Positions 16,353-20,000 of a stretch of 20,000 nucleotides of DNA are shown here, piece by piece. Within the stretch, counting starts at the first letter, position 1; each line of letters begins with the position of its first letter. The notes under the pieces are model-generated. The model had not been told where the DNA came from. It saw only the letters and a program-made list of their open reading frames with translations, and did not search any database. The translations under genes were made by a program, and so were the position numbers. The stretch spans positions 56,873 to 76,872 of IMG/VR virus record IMGVR_UViG_3300029305_006210; one strand, given 5' to 3'. The DNA comes from an uncultured virus (IMG/VR IMGVR_UViG_3300029305_006210). Lineage: Duplodnaviria > Heunggongvirae > Uroviricota > Caudoviricetes.

Positions 16353-16470
16353 TATGAGGGCGATTGGATTCGAACCAATTGTTTGTCTTATTATCGCCAG
16401 CCACCAAGGTATTTAACGCTGGAATCGAACCAGCCACGAACTATCGTCATAGCAGCACCTCGCACCCACA
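16353..16470 (-). ncRNA. tRNA-like RNA with two T-loop hairpins
   Basis: GCTGG-TTCGATT-CCAGC and ATTGG-TTCGAAT-CCAAT enclosed by the terminal stem TGTGGGTGCGA/TCGCCCTCATA. Confidence 0.45.
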
Positions 16471-16482
16471 TTATTTTTTTAT

Positions 16483-16656
16483 TTAGTCTTCTTCTGCATA
16501 TCCTATGATCTCAACATAGTCTAGCTTAAAATCAACTCCACTTTCACGAGCAACTGTTTTTGCTAATTCAATAGCTTCTTTTTCGCAAGTTGCATCTACT
16601 TCTGTTTCATCATTTCCGTTGAAACCTACGTGGTAAACTATTAATTTTTCATCCAT
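16483..16656 (-). CDS. Small phage protein (YxVxF...VxAxxxxEA type)
   Basis: Start MDEKLIVYHVGF behind AGGAG; the longer track ORF overlaps the upstream gene. Confidence 0.7.
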   Translation of the reverse strand: MDEKLIVYHVGFNGNDETEVDATCEKEAIELAKTVARESGVDFKLDYVEIIGYAEED

Positions 16657-16672
16657 AATAGTTCTCCTACTA

Positions 16673-16831
16673 TTATTCATTTTCAAGCACACGAAAACAA
16701 TCTGCGTTAATAACATTTTCAATACCGAGATCTTCAAATACCATGAATGCCATCATACGATTTACTGCCATTACAGTTACTTCACCTTCGAATCCGTCGC
16801 TACATTGATATTCAATTCTATATTCATTCAT
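16673..16831 (-). CDS. Small phage protein (52 aa)
   Basis: Manual translation MNEYRIEYQCSDGFEGEVTVMAVNRMMAF...; GGAG RBS. Confidence 0.7.
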   Translation of the reverse strand: MNEYRIEYQCSDGFEGEVTVMAVNRMMAFMVFEDLGIENVINADCFRVLENE

Positions 16832-16856
16832 AATACTTCTCCATCAAAATTCAATT

Positions 16857-17360
16857 TTATACAATCTGAAAGTCTGGATGTTCTGCCATGAATGGTTCGA
16901 TGATTTCCTTTATTGCGTTTTCTGCGATTTCTCTTGTGTGGAAGTATGGTACTCCTATTGTATGTCTGAAATTTCGAACATGCATGTCAAATGATTCAGT
17001 GTTATGGTTGTAATAGATGCAATATTTATCCGTTTTTGTATCACACCAATCGATTTCATTTCCCTTATGCTCCATAGAATATCTCCAGAGTAACCTATCA
17101 AGAGTTTCATGAAGTGCTCTCTGTTGCATCATTTCCTTATCGGTGCAATAGTTAGCAACTTTATACACATTACTATCTACAGCATCGCTGCTACCACCGT
17201 CGGTTAATGTTTGAACATATCCATATTTGTTGATACAATAATAACTATTACCTTTATCAGTTCTTTCAAACGGATTTCCCTTGATTTCAATACCAAGTGC
17301 CTTGAGCTGCTCTTCGGTAAGATCAGCTCTCTTGCCATCTATCACAATATATGCTTCCAT
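16857..17360 (-). CDS. Hypothetical phage protein
   Basis: 167 aa, AGGAG RBS. Confidence 0.8.
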   Translation of the reverse strand: MEAYIVIDGKRADLTEEQLKALGIEIKGNPFERTDKGNSYYCINKYGYVQTLTDGGSSDAVDSNVYKVANYCTDKEMMQQRALHETLDRLLWRYSMEHKGNEIDWCDTKTDKYCIYYNHNTESFDMHVRNFRHTIGVPYFHTREIAENAIKEIIEPFMAEHPDFQIV

Positions 17361-17369
17361 ATCTTTCTC

Positions 17370-17657
17370 CTACTGCTCTATTGGCTGCGCACAGAACGAC
17401 AGTACGAAAACCCATTTCTTGAATTCCTCAAAATCCATCTCATGTAGTTCTTCATACGGAAATGTCTGAGCTGCATATAAGATTTCCTCACCATCTTCAT
17501 CTTCTTTATATCTTTCAAAATGAATAGTATATTCATCATTTTGATGAGTTACGATAATTCTGTCACCATCTTCATCGTAATCATCAACTGCTTCTTGCCC
17601 TTCAAAAAGCAGATATTCCATATTAGCTTTCATTGTTTTAAAAATTGATTCTAACAT
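17370..17657 (-). CDS. Acidic hypothetical protein
   Basis: 95 aa, D/E-rich, GAGG RBS. Confidence 0.75.
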   Translation of the reverse strand: MLESIFKTMKANMEYLLFEGQEAVDDYDEDGDRIIVTHQNDEYTIHFERYKEDEDGEEILYAAQTFPYEELHEMDFEEFKKWVFVLSFCAQPIEQ

Positions 17658-17678
17658 AATATTACCCTCTTAAATAAA

Positions 17679-17810
17679 TGGTCGCGGGGGCAAGATTCGA
17701 ACTTGCAACTGAAACTTATGATGTTTCATATTTCCCATGCTTCATAATACCGCTAATCTAGAATTACATTATTAATTCACACCTCTCTTTAGCTAAAAGA
17801 ATTCCCCGCT
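17679..17810 (-). ncRNA. Atypical tRNA(CAT)-like element with expanded D region
   Basis: 3' CCA, T-arm GCAAG-TTCGAAT-CTTGC, anticodon arm TGAAAC-ATCATAA-GTTTCA; best acceptor partner is AGCGGGG at 17810-17804. Confidence 0.5.
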
Positions 17811-17817
17811 ATAATAT

Positions 17818-17891
17818 TGGCTACCCCACCGGGAGTCGAACCCAGATCTGCAGAGTCAAAGTCTGTTGTGCTACCATTACACCATGAGGCA
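17818..17891 (-). tRNA. tRNA-Gln(TTG)
   Basis: Full cloverleaf, anticodon loop CTTTGAC, T-loop TTCGACT, encoded CCA. Confidence 0.93.
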
Positions 17892-17924
17892 ATGAAGGCG
17901 CCGTGCTCTCGACGCCAAAGATCA

Positions 17925-19046
17925 TTACTTTATCTTTTTTAAATTATAGTGATAATTTCTTACACCTTTTGATTTAAGAACCATATATTTCAGCTTATTA
18001 TCCTGATATTTCTGCAAAAGTCCTTCTTCAGCATACTTAAAATCAGATTCATCCCATTTAAGATCCACCTTTTCACCAGGAATCATAAACATATCTGTTT
18101 CAACATCATATGTGCAATCTTCAGGATTAAAATTGATATTGAATTCGTAATTCTTGTCAAAACCATATGTTCCAATAGATTCATTACAGAATAAATCAAA
18201 GCTAGCCGTAGTATCAATGATTTTGCCGTCTTCAAAGATATACTTTATTTCATATGTTGGAGTACTCATACTTAAGATGTTGAGATCTGTAATTGCCTCA
18301 TCAAATGAAATTCCGGATGATAATTCAAAGGCAATTGAACGCAGGCAATCGTAATTAAGATTTACTTTCTGTGCAAATTCAATAACTCTTTCAATTTCAC
18401 CATAAGCACTTTCCGGAATATTATCCTGCAGATATTCTCTGATGCCTCTTGCATCTGGATAATCAAATCTGAAATGATAGTGGAATCTGCCTGGTCTGTT
18501 AATCATGTAATCATTTAAACCATATACATCGTTACATGTGATAACGAAAAGTTTCTTGCCAGTATTAAGTCCATCGAAAAGCGTAAGCATTTCAGTCTGC
18601 GGATCAGAAAGTGTATTGCCAGATTTACTTCCCGCATTGAAAGTCTTATCAAATTCATCAAACAGTACAATTACTGGCTGCTGAATTGATGCTAAGTATC
18701 CCGCGATACCTGGAACATAGTTGTTTACGATAATTAACGGATATCCTTTAGCAATACCGATACCACCGATCAGTTTAGCAAAAAGTGACTTGCCTATGCC
18801 TTTGTCACCACTAAGAATAACACCAAGGTTACGCTCAACTCTTTCAAATGAAGACAGCACCTTTTTAACTTTATCCATATGTACGCCGTAGACTTTTTCA
18901 TTAACTGCTACATCATCTCTCCCTGTGAGGAAGAAGCCTGAATTCATATCGAAACATACTTCATATGCTCTCACTGGCATTTGATCAAAAGTTTTTAAAG
19001 TGTCATCGTAGATGCGATAAGTGTTTCCTGTGTTAATTACTTTCAT
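17925..19046 (-). CDS. AAA+ ATPase
   Basis: Walker A GDKGIGKS, Walker B VLFDEFDK, second region of homology INRPGRF. Confidence 0.92.
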   Translation of the reverse strand: MKVINTGNTYRIYDDTLKTFDQMPVRAYEVCFDMNSGFFLTGRDDVAVNEKVYGVHMDKVKKVLSSFERVERNLGVILSGDKGIGKSLFAKLIGGIGIAKGYPLIIVNNYVPGIAGYLASIQQPVIVLFDEFDKTFNAGSKSGNTLSDPQTEMLTLFDGLNTGKKLFVITCNDVYGLNDYMINRPGRFHYHFRFDYPDARGIREYLQDNIPESAYGEIERVIEFAQKVNLNYDCLRSIAFELSSGISFDEAITDLNILSMSTPTYEIKYIFEDGKIIDTTASFDLFCNESIGTYGFDKNYEFNINFNPEDCTYDVETDMFMIPGEKVDLKWDESDFKYAEEGLLQKYQDNKLKYMVLKSKGVRNYHYNLKKIK

Positions 19047-19077
19047 AATGTTTGTCCTTTCTTATAAAATGTATTTA

Positions 19078-19338
19078 TTAAAATTTAAAAGGCACGATCT
19101 TAATATTGTGATCTTCATGCTCATTTTTACTTATTCCAGTAACTTTAAACCATTCGCCTTTTTCATTAAGAACTACTGGATAATGATCCGCATCAAATTC
19201 GGGACGAATAATAAAATTTTTTCTGTAAGCATTTATTAATTCTTCTAAAGTTTTATATCTAGATGGCATATTAGCAAGCTCATCTAAATCTGATTGGCTA
19301 ACCCACCCTTTCCACCTATACGCAATGTAATATTTCAT
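19078..19338 (-). CDS. Hypothetical protein
   Basis: Probable start MKYYIAYRWKG at 19338; the longer track ORF begins inside a tRNA-like gene. Confidence 0.65.
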   Translation of the reverse strand: MKYYIAYRWKGWVSQSDLDELANMPSRYKTLEELINAYRKNFIIRPEFDADHYPVVLNEKGEWFKVTGISKNEHEDHNIKIVPFKF

Positions 19339-19472
19339 AATATTTACCCTTTCTTCTATAAAATTTGCCTTACAAACAAGTCCTGCTACGGTCATCAACA
19401 GGGTCATTGCTTTATTTACAATTGGAACAATTATATTACCGTTTCCCATTCCATCTTGCAGTAAGGTCTTAT

Positions 19473-19559
19473 TAGTGCACAAGACGGGATTCGAACCCGC
19501 AACATTTCACTGTACAGCACTCGTCAGTGCTCTGCCTTGCTCATTTCAGCCACTTGTGC
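19473..19559 (-). tRNA. Type II (Leu-like) tRNA with aberrant anticodon loop, possible pseudo-tRNA
   Basis: Acceptor GCACAAG/CTTGTGC, long variable arm, T-loop TTCGAAT; anticodon arm AGCAC-TGACGA-GTGCT has a 6-nt loop; ends CTA rather than CCA. Confidence 0.6.
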
Positions 19560-19563
19560 ATGT

Positions 19564-19654
19564 TGGCGGAGGAAGAGGGATTTGAACCCTCGCGACCCTT
19601 GCGAATCCTAACGCTTTAGCAGAGCGTCCTCTTCAGCCACTTGAGTATTCCTCC
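19564..19654 (-). tRNA. tRNA-Ser(GCT)
   Basis: GGAGGAA acceptor, ACGCT-CTGCTAA-AGCGT, long variable arm, G discriminator, CCA. Confidence 0.93.
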
Positions 19655-19720
19655 AGATTTGGGAGCACGCTGGTAATGCTCCCTTCTCTCTTATAGTGTT
19701 TTTACTTAGGAAGTAATAAA

Positions 19721-19786
19721 GTTCAGAACAGGAATCGAACCTGCTACCATGCGTAAATGAATCACATGATGTTTCCATACCTGAAC
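19721..19786 (-). pseudogene. Degenerate tRNA-like element
   Basis: Acceptor GTTCAGG/TCTGAAC, T-arm GCAGG-TTCGATT-CCTGT, reduced D-arm, irregular anticodon loop, no CCA. Confidence 0.5.
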
Positions 19787-19790
19787 ATAT

Positions 19791-19867
19791 TGGTGCACCC
19801 ACAGGGACTTGAACCCCGAACCTGCCGGTTATGAGCCGGATGCTCTGACCAATTGAGCTATGAGTGC
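19791..19867 (-). tRNA. tRNA with CAT anticodon (Met elongator or Ile2)
   Basis: Canonical cloverleaf, loop CTCATAA, CCA. Confidence 0.93.
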
Positions 19868-20000
19868 AAAATAGCCCTGTTATTTACAGGACTGGTGATA
19901 TGATACGTTGTTAATTATAATTTTTAAAATAACTTATATGTAAAAACTCGCTACATAGCAGCTCTGCGGACTACTGACGGCCATTTATAATCAAACCGTA

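Noticed and set aside
17876..17885. TGGTGTAAT in tRNA-Gln resembling the ncRNA loop
   Set aside because: It is an ordinary D-arm sequence and lacks the flanking stem and other family features
155..19239. Plus-strand ORFs in the track (e.g. 359..646, 7180..7458, 13853..14341)
   Set aside because: They are antisense shadows of well-supported minus-strand genes or ncRNA elements and have no recognisable motifs
19608..19802. 64-aa minus-strand ORF
   Set aside because: Overlaps three tRNA or tRNA-like genes

Overview
AT-rich, gene-dense window with essentially all genes on the minus strand, most consistent with the accessory region of a large Firmicutes-type phage (tRNA cluster, strong AGGAG RBSs, many small ORFs). 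In transcription order (right to left): a tRNA/tRNA-like cluster with an AAA+ ATPase; small hypothetical genes and an ArdA-like protein; a cluster of ubiquitin-like protein, E2-like, JAB protease, ThiF/E1 and a retron-like reverse transcriptase (RT); 22 consecutive small ORFs that all end in the same (P/I)SxxxLxxFL motif; and a truncated metallophosphoesterase. Main finding: the single RT is accompanied by five dispersed, structured 190-290 nt intergenic elements. Four share a covarying two-hairpin core with an NGGTGT(A/T)ATC loop. Three also have retron-like terminal inverted repeats followed by an unpaired G. Their interiors are unrelated, GC-richer and hairpin-rich. This suggests one RT serving several msr/msd-like templates, linked to a phage ubiquitination module. 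Structures were paired by eye and all functions are inferred.
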